Assembly: GCA_963804645.1 (NCBI GenBank)
Contig: CAWDRG010000009.1
Span: forward strand, 64,001 to 128,000
DNA from: an uncultured Bacillota bacterium
Lineage (GTDB): Bacteria; Sysuimicrobiota; Sysuimicrobiia; Sysuimicrobiales; Segetimicrobiaceae
Direction: 5' to 3'
DNA: 64,000 nucleotides
Shown here: piece by piece, positions 31,244 through 41,795 of the stretch
Layout of the letters: each line of letters starts with the position of its first letter
Numbering within the stretch: position 1 is the stretch's first letter
Program-made: the position numbers and the translations under genes
The notes under the pieces: generated by a model
What the model was told of the DNA's origin: nothing
The model's input: the letters and a program-made list of their open reading frames with translations, nothing else
Databases searched by the model: none

Positions 31244-33067
31244 CTACGATCGCCCCGGGGTGCTCGACGTCCGGACGCTGCCGGCGCCATCCGCCCCGGC
31301 ACCCAGTCGGAGATCTGGGATCGCCGCGATCAGTTGTTGCGTATACGGATGGGAGGGCCGGCCCAACACGGTGGCCGTCTCGCCGTACTCACGAACCGTC
31401 CCCCGCTCCAACACCAGCACGACTTCGGCGATCCCGCGAACCAGCGCCACGTTGTGCGTGACAAACAGCAGCGCCAATCCGTCGCGCCGCAACTCTTCAA
31501 GCACCGCGACAATCGCGGCTTGGATCGAGACATCGAGAGATGACGTAATCTCGTCGCACACCAACAACGACGGCCTCGCCGCCAGGGCGCGTGCGATCGC
31601 CACCCGCTGCTTCTCGCCGCCCGACAACTCCCGCGGGTAGCGGTCGAGCATCCCCGCCGGCAAGCGCACCCGCTCCAGCAATTGCAGCACCTGTTGTCGC
31701 TCGGCCACGCGGTCCTGCGCAAATTCAAAGAACCGCAGCGGACGCCCGATGGCCTCGCTGATGGGCCGGCGCGGGTTCAAGGAACGGTCGGGATCCTGAA
31801 ACACGATCTGAATCTCTCGGCGTTCCGAGGACGTCCGGTTGGTCACGTGCGGCGCGAGCGGGCGTCCCGCCAGCGTCAACACGCCCCCATCCGGCCGATG
31901 CAGGCCCGCCACGCACCGTCCCAGAGTCGTCTTGCCGCTGCCGCTTTCACCGACGATCGCCAGACAGCCTCCCGCGCCGACGGAGAACGAAACATCCCAG
32001 AGCACCTGGGTGCGCCGGCCGGGCTGGCGATAGGACGCGGACATCCCGCTTACCGTCAGCAGCGCCTCCGACGCCGCGGCCGCTCGGGGCGTGCCGCGCG
32101 CCGCCGCGCCGCTTGAAACAAACTCCCAGGCGCGCCAGCAGCGCGCCGTCTGATCGCCCTTGGTCACTTCGGGTGGAATCTGTTCCGCACACCGCGCAAC
32201 GGCCGCGGGACACCGCGGCGCAAACGCGCACCCGCGCGGCCGGTGCCCGGGAGGGGGCGCGGCGCCGCTAATCCCCGTGAGCGCACGCGGCTCAGACAAC
32301 CGCGGCACGGATGCAAGCAGCAATGAGGTGTAGGGGTGTCCGGGATTCCCAAACACACCTTCACGTCCGCCGACCTCGACCAAGCGGCCCGCGTACATGA
32401 CGCCGACACGGTGGGCGAGATTGTTGACGACCGCAAGGTCGTGCGACACGTACACGAACGCGGCGCCGGTATCAGCTCCCAAATCTCGCAGCAGGGTGAG
32501 AATGCGTGCCTGGGTGCTCGCGTCAAGGCCCGTGGTCGGCTCATCCAACACCACAATCAACGGGTGACAGCTGAGTGCCATCGCGATCGCGACCCGCTGT
32601 TGTTGGCCGCCGCTCAGTTCGAACGGGTACCGTCGAAGAAACGCCGCGTCGTTTGGAAGATGCACCTGTGCAAGCAGGGGCGCAACCGCGGACCGCGGCT
32701 TCCCATGCGCGCCGAGCACTTCCTCGATCTGCTGACCGATGCGATGGCGCGGATTGAGCCCGGCGGCCGCGTCCTGCGGTACGTACGCGATCCGCGCGCC
32801 CCGCGTGTGTCGCAGGACCCGGGATGGCAGCATCAGGACATCCCGTCCGTCCACCTCCACGGTGCCAGCCGTAATTCGCGTCCCGCGACGGGCATGACCC
32901 AGTAGCGCCAGCGCCGTACTGGTTTTGCCGGACCCCGACTCCCCGACGAGTCCGAACACCTCCCCGCGGTGAACGGCAAACGAAATCTCATCCACGATCT
33001 CGACGCCCCCAGCGGCTTCGATGCGCAACCCACGGACATCAAGGACTACGCCAGTCATGTCATCCAC
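31244..33067 (-). CDS. Dipeptide/oligopeptide ABC transporter ATP-binding protein (fused DppD-DppF)
   Basis: Two GESGSGKT Walker A motifs, LSGGQQQR/LSGGEKQR, two HPYT motifs, CAFAPRC. Confidence 0.92.
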   Translation of the reverse strand: MDDMTGVVLDVRGLRIEAAGGVEIVDEISFAVHRGEVFGLVGESGSGKTSTALALLGHARRGTRITAGTVEVDGRDVLMLPSRVLRHTRGARIAYVPQDAAAGLNPRHRIGQQIEEVLGAHGKPRSAVAPLLAQVHLPNDAAFLRRYPFELSGGQQQRVAIAMALSCHPLIVVLDEPTTGLDASTQARILTLLRDLGADTGAAFVYVSHDLAVVNNLAHRVGVMYAGRLVEVGGREGVFGNPGHPYTSLLLASVPRLSEPRALTGISGAAPPPGHRPRGCAFAPRCPAAVARCAEQIPPEVTKGDQTARCWRAWEFVSSGAAARGTPRAAAASEALLTVSGMSASYRQPGRRTQVLWDVSFSVGAGGCLAIVGESGSGKTTLGRCVAGLHRPDGGVLTLAGRPLAPHVTNRTSSERREIQIVFQDPDRSLNPRRPISEAIGRPLRFFEFAQDRVAERQQVLQLLERVRLPAGMLDRYPRELSGGEKQRVAIARALAARPSLLVCDEITSSLDVSIQAAIVAVLEELRRDGLALLFVTHNVALVRGIAEVVLVLERGTVREYGETATVLGRPSHPYTQQLIAAIPDLRLGAGADGAGSVRTSSTPGRS

Positions 33068-33953
33068 GAGGGGTGGCGCTGGACCGTCCGATCCGTCGGG
33101 CGAAGGCGTCGGTCAGTAAGTTCACCCCGAAGGTCAGGACGGCGATCGTGACAGCGGGCACCACGATAATCCAGGGTTGAATCGTCAACCCGATCTGATT
33201 CTCACTGATCATGAGGCCCCAGTCCGCGGCGGGAGGCGCCTGGCCTAGCCCAAGGTAACTCAGGGAACTCACCAGCACGATCGACGCCGTCAGCCGAAAC
33301 CCAAAGTCTGCCATCAGCGGTGTCCACAGGTTTGGAAGAATCTCGCGAAACACCACTGACGCGGTGGTCTCACCTCGCGCCCGTGCGACCTCGACGAACT
33401 CGAGTGCCGCCACCTCCACGGTGATCGCCCGAAAGATTCGAATGACCCGAGGCAGCTCCACGGCCGCGATGCCGATCGCCACCATGCTCAGGCTCGGTCC
33501 GACCGCAGCAATCAGCACCAGCACAAAGACCAGCGCCGGGATCGCCAGCATGATATCCGAGAACGCCACCGCACCGATATCGAGTATCCCTCCCCGGACG
33601 CCCGCGAAGGCCCCGAGCGGTATCCCGACGAGATACGCCATCATCGTCGCCGCGAATGCCGTAAGCACCAGCGTACGCCCGCCCCAAAGGAACCGGCTCA
33701 GACCGTCTCGGCCCAGCATGTCCGTCCCAAGCAGGTGGGCGCGGGTCGGGGTTGAGAACGGACTATCGACGAGCGCGGTCGGAGAAAACGGAGCGACGAA
33801 CGGTCCCAGAAATGCGAGTGCCAACACCACACCGACGAGCACCGCACCGACGCGCCCCCCTCGGGTGCTGATCACGTCGCGCAGCAGCACGAGCGCGGCG
33901 GGCCGCGAGCGCGGCACCTCCGAGTCGCGTACGATCGAAACGAACGAACTCAT
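33060..33953 (-). CDS. Peptide ABC transporter permease (DppC-like)
   Basis: HLLGTDMLGRD, FVEVARARG, LSYLGLG...DWG; ATGA overlap. Confidence 0.92.
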   Translation of the reverse strand: MSSFVSIVRDSEVPRSRPAALVLLRDVISTRGGRVGAVLVGVVLALAFLGPFVAPFSPTALVDSPFSTPTRAHLLGTDMLGRDGLSRFLWGGRTLVLTAFAATMMAYLVGIPLGAFAGVRGGILDIGAVAFSDIMLAIPALVFVLVLIAAVGPSLSMVAIGIAAVELPRVIRIFRAITVEVAALEFVEVARARGETTASVVFREILPNLWTPLMADFGFRLTASIVLVSSLSYLGLGQAPPAADWGLMISENQIGLTIQPWIIVVPAVTIAVLTFGVNLLTDAFARRIGRSSATPRG

Positions 33954-34906
33954 GCGCGGCGGCGCAATCGCGGATTGAGTAAGATGACCGTAATGTCGGC
34001 GAAGAAGCTGGTCGCGACGATGACGATGGTCGTCAGCATCGCTAACGCTTCCACCGTCGGCAGGTCCCTTGTCTGGACCGCAGTAATCAACGTCAGCCCG
34101 ACACCGCGGTATTCGAACACTGACTCGACGATCACCACGCCCCCGAGCAGCCACGGCACGTTATACGCGAGCACCTGAATCGCCGGCGCCACGACGTTCG
34201 GCAGCGCGTGCCGCAGCACGAGCCGCCACGCCGCGATCCCGTTCAGCCGCGCGGCCTCGATATACGGTAAGTCGAGCACCTCGATCATGGTCGCCCGAAT
34301 CATCCGCACGCTCTGCGCCAGTGCGGCCGCCAAGAGGGTGACCACAGGCAGCACGAGGATCGACGGCCGTGCGAAGATTGGGCGCGACGGATCGATCAGC
34401 GAGACCGCCGGAAGCCACTTCAACCACACGGCGAACACCACGGCGAGGATGGCGCCGATGACAAATTGAGGGGTCGCGATCAACGACAGCGTGATCGCGG
34501 CCGTACTCTGATCGACGATCCCGTCCGGCCGGAGCGCGGAGACCGCTCCCAAAATCGTCGCGAGCGGGACAAGCAGGGCCATGGTGACCCCGGCCAGCAC
34601 GACCGTGTTCCACAGCTTATCGCCGATGACGTGAGCCACCGGCACGCCGGTCGGAAGGGAATGGCCCAAATCCCCCCGGACAAACCCGACCAGCCAGTTC
34701 CCGTACCGCTCCAAGACGGGCCGGTCAAGACCAAACTGCTTTCGAAGCCCCTCGACCAGTTGGGGCGTGGCATCTCGCCCAAGCGCCGCCGTCGCCGCGT
34801 CGCCCGGAAGGGCGCTGACGCCCAAGTAGATCAGCGCAGACGCCGCCAGCAGCGTGAGCAACCCCGCGCCGAGGCGAAATACGATCTCGCGCAGCAGAGG
34901 ATTCAC
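33950..34906 (-). CDS. Peptide ABC transporter permease (DppB-like)
   Basis: LPGD, GDLGHS, YIEAARLNG, HALPN, VIVESVF, RDLP. Confidence 0.92.
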   Translation of the reverse strand: MNPLLREIVFRLGAGLLTLLAASALIYLGVSALPGDAATAALGRDATPQLVEGLRKQFGLDRPVLERYGNWLVGFVRGDLGHSLPTGVPVAHVIGDKLWNTVVLAGVTMALLVPLATILGAVSALRPDGIVDQSTAAITLSLIATPQFVIGAILAVVFAVWLKWLPAVSLIDPSRPIFARPSILVLPVVTLLAAALAQSVRMIRATMIEVLDLPYIEAARLNGIAAWRLVLRHALPNVVAPAIQVLAYNVPWLLGGVVIVESVFEYRGVGLTLITAVQTRDLPTVEALAMLTTIVIVATSFFADITVILLNPRLRRRA

Positions 34907-34939
34907 ACGCGGCTCCGCACCACGAGCGCGGCCGCCCTG

Positions 34940-36520
34940 CTACGAGAGATACACGTCCGTAAAATTATACGCTCCGAGCCAACGCGACACGCTCGGCGTG
35001 AGGCCATGGACCTTTGCCGCGTATCCGTCGAGGTTGTCTTGGAACCCCCAAATGATGTAGCCGCCCTCGTTCCAGAGCAACGTCTGAGCCGCCACCCACA
35101 GTTCACGACGCTTCTTGGGATCGATCGTCTTCCGCGCTTGGTCCGTCAGTTTATCAAAGTCCGCGTTGTGGAAGTGCGTCTCGTTGTATGGAGCCGTAGA
35201 ATTCAGCACCTGAGCAAACTGCGTTGTGAGCGGCCGCGCAGACCATCCGCCCTGCCCGAGCGCCACCTTGAGGTATTGGGCCGTATAGTATTGGTCTCCC
35301 GGAACCTTATTCAGCGTTATCGTCACGCCCGCATTCTTCGCCTGTTCGGCCAGGATGGTGGCGGAGTCCAACATGCCGGGCCCGGCGTCACCGGTGTAGA
35401 TCGAGACGCTCAAATTCTCCTTCCCGGCGGCCCGGAGCAGCGACTTCGCCTGGTCGGGATCGTATGCGTGCTGCGGGAGCTGCGACGCGTAATCCGGATC
35501 CGTCGGCCAGAACAGATCGTTTCCCACCACCCCGAACTCTCCGAGTACGGTCTTGACCATTTGATCACGGTTGATCATCAACCGAAACGCACGCCGCACC
35601 CGATTGTCGGTAAACGGTGGAAGATCGACCGCCATGTACATCGTCTCCGTGAACGCGCGCGGCGCGCGCAACAGTCGTATCGGCCCGTTCGCCGTCAGCG
35701 TTTTGGCAAGCGGCAGCGGGTACTGCGACATTACGTCGGTTACGTTGGTCTGCAAGGCATTGAGACGCGCCGTCTCATCGCTGAAGGAAATAATTTCCAA
35801 TGCGTCCAGGTAGGGTCCGTTGTGGGTTCGATACGCGCTGTTGCGGACAAACACGCTCCGCTCGCCTGCAGTAAAACTCTGAAACTTGAACGGCCCCGTC
35901 CCGTTCGGTTGATCGAAGGTCTTCGTCCCGTCCTTTACCATCCAGATCGTCCGGGCAGCCAGCGACGTCGTGAGGAGCGCGTTGGGCTGGTCGAGGCGGA
36001 TCTCAACCGTCGAGGGATCCAGCGCTCGAATATTGCTCGGGTTGATGTATGCGATCTCGGTGTAGCCGTTCGCGTTATTGGCCTTCGTCGCGATGTACTG
36101 CAGGCTGTACACCACGTCGTTGGCCGTAAATGGCGACCCGTCGTGCCACACGACCCCCGGCAAGATCTTGATCCGCCATACAGTCGCGCTTGGGTTCGGC
36201 GACGCTTCTGCAGCCAACTGGGGCACGACCCCGCCGTTCGCGTCGTACGCATACAGCCGTTCATACAAGACGTGCGTGCGCATGATGTCGATTTCGTTGA
36301 CGTTGCGCATCGGGCTCAGCGTCTCTGACGCTCCGCCGCCGCGCTGACCTATCCGGAGCGTGCCGCCGCGTGTCGGAGCCGCCTGCGCGAATGCCGCCGA
36401 CGGAGCCCGGACAACCCCTCCAGTCCACACCGCTCCCGCGGCAGCAGCCACACCTAACCGTAGAAGATCGCGGCGCGAGAGCCCTCTGAGATCATCTCGG
36501 CGCTTCCGTTGCCCGGTCAT
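34940..36520 (-). CDS. Peptide ABC transporter substrate-binding protein (family 5), Tat-exported
   Basis: AAAGGAGGAGG RBS; SRRDLL twin-Arg; WHDGSPFTANDVVYS, GTGPF. Confidence 0.92.
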   Translation of the reverse strand: MTGQRKRRDDLRGLSRRDLLRLGVAAAAGAVWTGGVVRAPSAAFAQAAPTRGGTLRIGQRGGGASETLSPMRNVNEIDIMRTHVLYERLYAYDANGGVVPQLAAEASPNPSATVWRIKILPGVVWHDGSPFTANDVVYSLQYIATKANNANGYTEIAYINPSNIRALDPSTVEIRLDQPNALLTTSLAARTIWMVKDGTKTFDQPNGTGPFKFQSFTAGERSVFVRNSAYRTHNGPYLDALEIISFSDETARLNALQTNVTDVMSQYPLPLAKTLTANGPIRLLRAPRAFTETMYMAVDLPPFTDNRVRRAFRLMINRDQMVKTVLGEFGVVGNDLFWPTDPDYASQLPQHAYDPDQAKSLLRAAGKENLSVSIYTGDAGPGMLDSATILAEQAKNAGVTITLNKVPGDQYYTAQYLKVALGQGGWSARPLTTQFAQVLNSTAPYNETHFHNADFDKLTDQARKTIDPKKRRELWVAAQTLLWNEGGYIIWGFQDNLDGYAAKVHGLTPSVSRWLGAYNFTDVYLS

Positions 36521-36956
36521 CAGACCTCCTCCTTTCGAGCACATTCGTCTCTCCGCGTTCGACGCCCACGTCTGATACCGTCCATGGCCGCATGATTCGC
36601 CTTACCATCCTCAGTCAGTCCGCAAAACGCTGGGTCCTATGTTCATGGATGGCACCCGTATTCCTCTTCTAATTCGTTAAATCGTGACGCCGCCGCGCTC
36701 GGGCCACGCCACAGACAACCGCGCATCCGTCCCACTCCCCCGCGCCGCGCACACCCCCGCGTGATTGACCGCGCCGACGCCCCGCAACGCCGATCACCAG
36801 TCCGTCCCAGCTCCAGCGCCACGGTGCGCCGCGCGAACTCGTCGCGGCCGTGATCGGAAGGGGTCTGCATCGCGCCGTGCAACAATTAAGTGGCTGAGCG
36901 CTGATCGTGCGAGACCTGTCAGTGTCTGTCGGCCGCGTTCCAGCGGGGAGGCGCGT

Positions 36957-38201
36957 ATGACGTTTGACCTGGTGATCAAAAATGGGACGGTCGTCGACCC
37001 GGCGGTCGGCTTGCACGCTCCGGCGGACGTCGCCATCGTGAGAGGCCGCATTGCCGCGATCGACCAGTCCATCCCCGGCAGCAGCGCGGCTGAGGTGTAT
37101 GATGCCGCCGGCTGCTATGTGACGCCCGGACTCGTTGACCTGCATACTCATGTCTTCCGCAAGGTCACGTTCTGGGGAGTCAACGCTGACGTGGTGGCGG
37201 CGCGCACCGGCGTGACGACCTGGGTGGACGCCGGATCGGCAGGGGCCTTCACCGTCGACGGGTTTCGCGAGTTTATCGTCCGTCCGGCGGCAACCCGCAT
37301 CCTGGCGTTTCTGAATATCTCATGTATTGGGCTCGTCGCCCACGATTATGAGCTTACGAATTTGGCCTTCTGCAATCCAGACCTGTTTGAGTTGATGCTC
37401 AACGCGAATCGCGACTTGGTCGTGGGGGGCAAGGTCCGCTTGGGCGCGTCAACCGTCGGAAGCAACGGCTTTGAACCGTTGAAACTGGCGCGTGACGTCC
37501 TCGATCGATGCGAACTGCCCGTGATGCTGCACATCGCCGAGCGCCCGCCACATCCGGAGGAGTTCGTCGATCTCCTCCGCGAGGGGGACGTCCTAACCCA
37601 TTGCTTCACCGGCTGGGACATGCGGCTGGTCGACGAACACGGCAGGATACAACCGTTCGCGCGGCAGTGGATCGACCGGGGCGTCCTGCTGGACGTCGGC
37701 CATGGGACCGGCAGCCTCACGTTTGCGACGGCGGAAGCCATGCTGGCCGCAGGAATCAAACCGCACTTCATCTCCTCCGACATCCACCAGAACAGCATGC
37801 GTGGGCCGATGTATGATCTCCCTACATGTCTCACAAAGTTCTTGGCACTCGGGCTGAGCCTGGATGACGTGATCGCCTGCGCGACCTATGCTCCCGCCAA
37901 GTTTCTCCACCTCGAGCGCGAGATCGGAACGTTGCGACAGGGTGCGCATGCCGACGTGGCAGTGTTTGAGCTCGTTTCTCAACCGGTGGACCTCTACGAT
38001 TCCGATTGGGAGGTGAAGCGGAGCGAGCGGAGTCTCAGTTGCCGCGCGGCGTTCGTCGGCGGACGGCTCCTCCCCCGTGTCGAGGATGACCCCGCGCCTC
38101 GGTATCTCGAATGGAAGCGCGGCGGCCGTGACGACGTGCTCTACGCAAAGCAGGCGGAAGCCGCCGCAGCTGTGCGGAGCACGGCCCGGCGCATGCGCTG
38201 A
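36957..38201 (+). CDS. Metal-dependent amidohydrolase/deacetylase (dihydroorotase-like, EF0837/Atu3266 type)
   Basis: PGLVDLHTH, GVTTWVDAGSAG, GKVR, MLHI, THCF, DVGHG, ISSDIH. Confidence 0.88.
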   Translation: MTFDLVIKNGTVVDPAVGLHAPADVAIVRGRIAAIDQSIPGSSAAEVYDAAGCYVTPGLVDLHTHVFRKVTFWGVNADVVAARTGVTTWVDAGSAGAFTVDGFREFIVRPAATRILAFLNISCIGLVAHDYELTNLAFCNPDLFELMLNANRDLVVGGKVRLGASTVGSNGFEPLKLARDVLDRCELPVMLHIAERPPHPEEFVDLLREGDVLTHCFTGWDMRLVDEHGRIQPFARQWIDRGVLLDVGHGTGSLTFATAEAMLAAGIKPHFISSDIHQNSMRGPMYDLPTCLTKFLALGLSLDDVIACATYAPAKFLHLEREIGTLRQGAHADVAVFELVSQPVDLYDSDWEVKRSERSLSCRAAFVGGRLLPRVEDDPAPRYLEWKRGGRDDVLYAKQAEAAAAVRSTARRMR

Positions 38202-38408
38202 GCACGCCGCGGAGAACGCCTGGACGGCGGGAAAATCCCGACCACCGAGGCTACCCGCCTCGCAAGACGCCGCGGCGTGATCAGCGCGGGACGGGAACAC
38301 CGACACGTCCCGGCCGGATGCGGGAGCGGTGGATTACGCGCGATCCGAGACGAGAACTGGCTGGCGAGGCCGTACTGAACGGCATGCAGCGACGAGGAGG
38401 ATGCGTCT

Positions 38409-40046
38409 ATGAGCGTAACGCACCGCTTTGCCCTGTGCGTTTCGGGAGCGATCGCGCTGGGCGCGTACGAGGCCGGCGTCGTGGCACAGTTGTACGAGGA
38501 CTTCCAGGAAGTCACCAAATCGACGGACGGTCAAGTGCGGCTCGTTATCGACGTGGTCGCCGGGTCGTCCGCGGGGGCCGTGACTGGCGTGTTCCTTGCG
38601 CAGGCGCTCGCCCAAAATCTCACCCCTACCGCGTTGCGTCAGGCGCTCTCAAACCTCTGGGTGAGGGATCTAGACGCTCTCTCGCTTCTGTCGCCGGCGT
38701 CGGACCCAGCGCAGGCCCTGTCCACGGCGACGAGCCTCGAGAATGCCGAAGCCGCCGCACCACCCAGTCCAACCGGTCTTAGCACCTACGATCCCGCACG
38801 CGTCTGCGCGCTGTGGATTTCGCTGACGAGCCCCGATGGGTTCCCATCTGCACTGACGTTTCCGCGCACGTGGAAGGACGAACCAACTTCCACGCCTGTC
38901 ACATTTTATCCGAAGTCGTATCGGGATTACTCGCCGTTTCTCTTCTGTGGATCTGCCATCAAGTACGCGAGCGAGCCGATCGAGCACGTGAATGACTCCT
39001 GGAATTGGAATCAGCTTCGGGACGCGACCTGGGACGAGGTCCGGGAGAGCGGAACGGCGTCGGGCGCCTTCCCCGTCGCCTTCCGCACGCGCACGATCGA
39101 GCGCGACCTGAAGCTGTACCCCGAAACGTGGGCCGTACTCACCGGATCCCCAACGAGCCCACCGCCGCGTGGACCGGCGGGGACACCCTTATCGTCCGAG
39201 GCTCCCCTGCACTACGTCGACGGCGGCATCTTCAACAACGAGCCGCTCGGCCGCGCGATCGACGCCGCGGCCTATCTCATGCACCTGGACGGCAGTCGCG
39301 GGAATGACCGCCGCACCTATTTGGTGATCGAGCCCGACCCCGCCCACCGTCCAAGTCTCGAGGAGATGCTCGCGACGGAGGAGCGCTCCGCAGACGCCAA
39401 CGGCTGGCCGCCCGCAACGGTCGTCGCGAAGTTGTTCGGCGCGTATTTCTCCGATACGATCTACCGCGACTTCATCGCGGCAAAGAAGATCAATGAGCAG
39501 CTCGACAAGCTCGACACGGCGGCGGCCGAGACGAAGATGAGCCCCGAGCAGGTCGCTGCGGTCAGCGCGGCCGTCGGCCTTTCCCATAAACAACAGGTCA
39601 CACTTGAGCGCATTCCCTGGGACGTCCCCCCCGCCGATCCGCCTCGTCTAAATGGAGCCTTTCTTGGACATTTCGGCGGATTCTTGCAGCAGGAGTTCCG
39701 CCAGTACGACTTTGAGGTCGGGCGGCGAGAGGCGCGCGACTGGCTGCTCAAGTGGCTCTCGCTGCACCAGACCGCCCTCGAGCTGACTGGCAGTCCGGAG
39801 GCGCTGGAGGCGCTGTTGCCGACGGAGGTGCCGAACCCGCCGCCGCTTCAGGCTTCGCCGAAGTGGGGCTCAGTCGCCCCCGCGCGGCGTCGGCGCATCA
39901 TCACACGAGGGGCGATGCGCGCGCTGGTGCTTCTCAACCGCTGGCTGCGCGGGTATCCGCTGATTGTCGGAGCCGCCGCCGGCGCCGCGGTGGTCGTCGG
40001 AGCCGCGGTGCGCTGGCGGCGGGGACGGACGACGCCAGAGCCATAG
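38409..40046 (+). CDS. Patatin-like phospholipase with C-terminal membrane anchor
   Basis: AGGAGG RBS; SGAIALGAYEAG Gly-loop, GSSAG nucleophile, ASGAFP, DGG; C-terminal LIVGAAAGAAVVVGAAV-RWRRGR. Confidence 0.88.
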   Translation: MSVTHRFALCVSGAIALGAYEAGVVAQLYEDFQEVTKSTDGQVRLVIDVVAGSSAGAVTGVFLAQALAQNLTPTALRQALSNLWVRDLDALSLLSPASDPAQALSTATSLENAEAAAPPSPTGLSTYDPARVCALWISLTSPDGFPSALTFPRTWKDEPTSTPVTFYPKSYRDYSPFLFCGSAIKYASEPIEHVNDSWNWNQLRDATWDEVRESGTASGAFPVAFRTRTIERDLKLYPETWAVLTGSPTSPPPRGPAGTPLSSEAPLHYVDGGIFNNEPLGRAIDAAAYLMHLDGSRGNDRRTYLVIEPDPAHRPSLEEMLATEERSADANGWPPATVVAKLFGAYFSDTIYRDFIAAKKINEQLDKLDTAAAETKMSPEQVAAVSAAVGLSHKQQVTLERIPWDVPPADPPRLNGAFLGHFGGFLQQEFRQYDFEVGRREARDWLLKWLSLHQTALELTGSPEALEALLPTEVPNPPPLQASPKWGSVAPARRRRIITRGAMRALVLLNRWLRGYPLIVGAAAGAAVVVGAAVRWRRGRTTPEP

Positions 40047-40151
40047 ATGGTGGGCGGCGTCCACAAAACACGACCCGCCGCATAGGCGCGGATCCCGCAT
40101 CGAGGGGACGACCTGGAGTCGTACGACCCGACGCGAGGCACCCGGTCGCAG

Positions 40152-41705
40152 TTACCGGTACTTGTGGGCGACCACTTTGGGCTGCAGGAAATTGAGCAGG
40201 TAGTCCGGGCCGCCCGCCTTGCTGTCCGTGCCCGACATGTTGAACCCGCCGAACGGATGGGTGCCCACCATCGCGCCGGTGCATTTCCGGTTGAGATACA
40301 GGTTCCCGCACATGAACTCGCGCCGGGCCTTAGCCAGCTTGTCCGGATTGCGCGAGAACACCGACCCCGTCAACCCAAACACGGTCCCGTTGGCGATCCG
40401 CAGCGCCTCGTCGAAATCCTGCGCCGGAATCGCCGCGACGACGGGACCGAAGATCTCCTCCTGGGCGATCCGGTCGCCGGGCGCGGCGTCGAGGAACACC
40501 GTCGGCGTGATGTAGTAGCCGCCCTCGCGCGCCCGTCCGCCCCCCACGGCGAGGCGCGCTTCGCGTTTGCCGACATCGATGTACTCGAGGATCGTACCCT
40601 GGGCGGCGGCGTTGATCACGGGCCCCGCCGGGAAGTTCTCCGGTCCGGGACCCACCTCCAGCCGCTTCACGCGCTCCACGACCGCCTCGGATAAGCGCTC
40701 GTAGATCCCCGGGGTCGCGATCAGCCGTGAGCCGGCCGAACACTTCTGCCCCTGGTAGCCGTACCCGGACGCGACGACGGCCCCGAGTGCCTCGTCAAAG
40801 TCCGCCTCGTCGTCGACGATGATCGCGTTCTTGCCGCCCATCTCCGCGATAATCCGCTTCAACCACTTCTGGTCCGGCGGGGTCTTGGCGGCGAGGCCGA
40901 ACAGGTGGATCCCGACCTCCCGGGAGCCGGTGAACGCGATCATCCGGACCTTGGGGTGCGTCGCCAGGGCTTCGCCGACGACCCGGCCCGACCCGGGGAT
41001 CACGTTCAGCACCCCCGGCGGCAGGCCCGCGTCGGTGAGCGCGTCGAGCGTCTCGTAGGCTGTCGCCGCGGAATCGCTCGCGGGCTTCATGACCACGGTG
41101 TTGCCCGCCACGATCGCGCCAAGCGCCATCCCCGTGGGAATCGCGAGCGGAAAGTTCCACGGCGAGATCACCGCGACGACCCCGATCGGGATGTACGTGT
41201 ACTCGCTCATCTCCCCGTCGTACGGGGGCAGCGGCTTGCCCTGCGCGTATCGGAGGATCTCACGGGCGTTGTACTCGATGAAGTCGATCGCCTCCGCGAC
41301 GTCGCCGTCGGCCTCCGCCCAGTTCTTCCCGACCTCGTAGCACATCAGCGCCGCGGCCCGCAGCCGCCGCTTGCGGAGGAGGTGCGCGGCCCGCATGAAC
41401 AGCGCCGCCTTTTCCTCCGCCGGCACCCACCGCCACGACTCGTACGCCCGCCCGGCCGCGGCCACGGCGGCTTCCACGTGCTCGGGCCCGGCCTGGTGCA
41501 GCACCGCGACCACCTGATCGGACTGCGACGGGTTCATCGACCGGAATGTCTTCGCCGACCGCACCGCTTTGCCGTCGATCCACAGCGGATACTCGCGGCC
41601 CAATTCTGCCCCCACCGCGGCGATCGCCTCGCGCATCGCGCGGCGGGCCGGGTCGGCCGAGAAGTCGTAGAAGGACTCGTTTCGGAATGCGGCGGGCTTC
41701 ATCAT
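40152..41705 (-). CDS. pruA: L-glutamate gamma-semialdehyde (P5C) dehydrogenase
   Basis: SPWNFP, FTGS, EMGGKN, GQKCSA, EEIFGP, NRKCTGA.VG.HPFGG; start is one of several adjacent ATGs. Confidence 0.93.
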   Translation of the reverse strand: MMKPAAFRNESFYDFSADPARRAMREAIAAVGAELGREYPLWIDGKAVRSAKTFRSMNPSQSDQVVAVLHQAGPEHVEAAVAAAGRAYESWRWVPAEEKAALFMRAAHLLRKRRLRAAALMCYEVGKNWAEADGDVAEAIDFIEYNAREILRYAQGKPLPPYDGEMSEYTYIPIGVVAVISPWNFPLAIPTGMALGAIVAGNTVVMKPASDSAATAYETLDALTDAGLPPGVLNVIPGSGRVVGEALATHPKVRMIAFTGSREVGIHLFGLAAKTPPDQKWLKRIIAEMGGKNAIIVDDEADFDEALGAVVASGYGYQGQKCSAGSRLIATPGIYERLSEAVVERVKRLEVGPGPENFPAGPVINAAAQGTILEYIDVGKREARLAVGGGRAREGGYYITPTVFLDAAPGDRIAQEEIFGPVVAAIPAQDFDEALRIANGTVFGLTGSVFSRNPDKLAKARREFMCGNLYLNRKCTGAMVGTHPFGGFNMSGTDSKAGGPDYLLNFLQPKVVAHKYR

Positions 41706-41795
41706 CGTCATCACTCCTTCGTACGTTCCGGCCGGTTGCGCAGGATCCGAGCGGCCTCACCGCGGAGCATGCCCGGCCGGCCCCGGCCGGATCGG

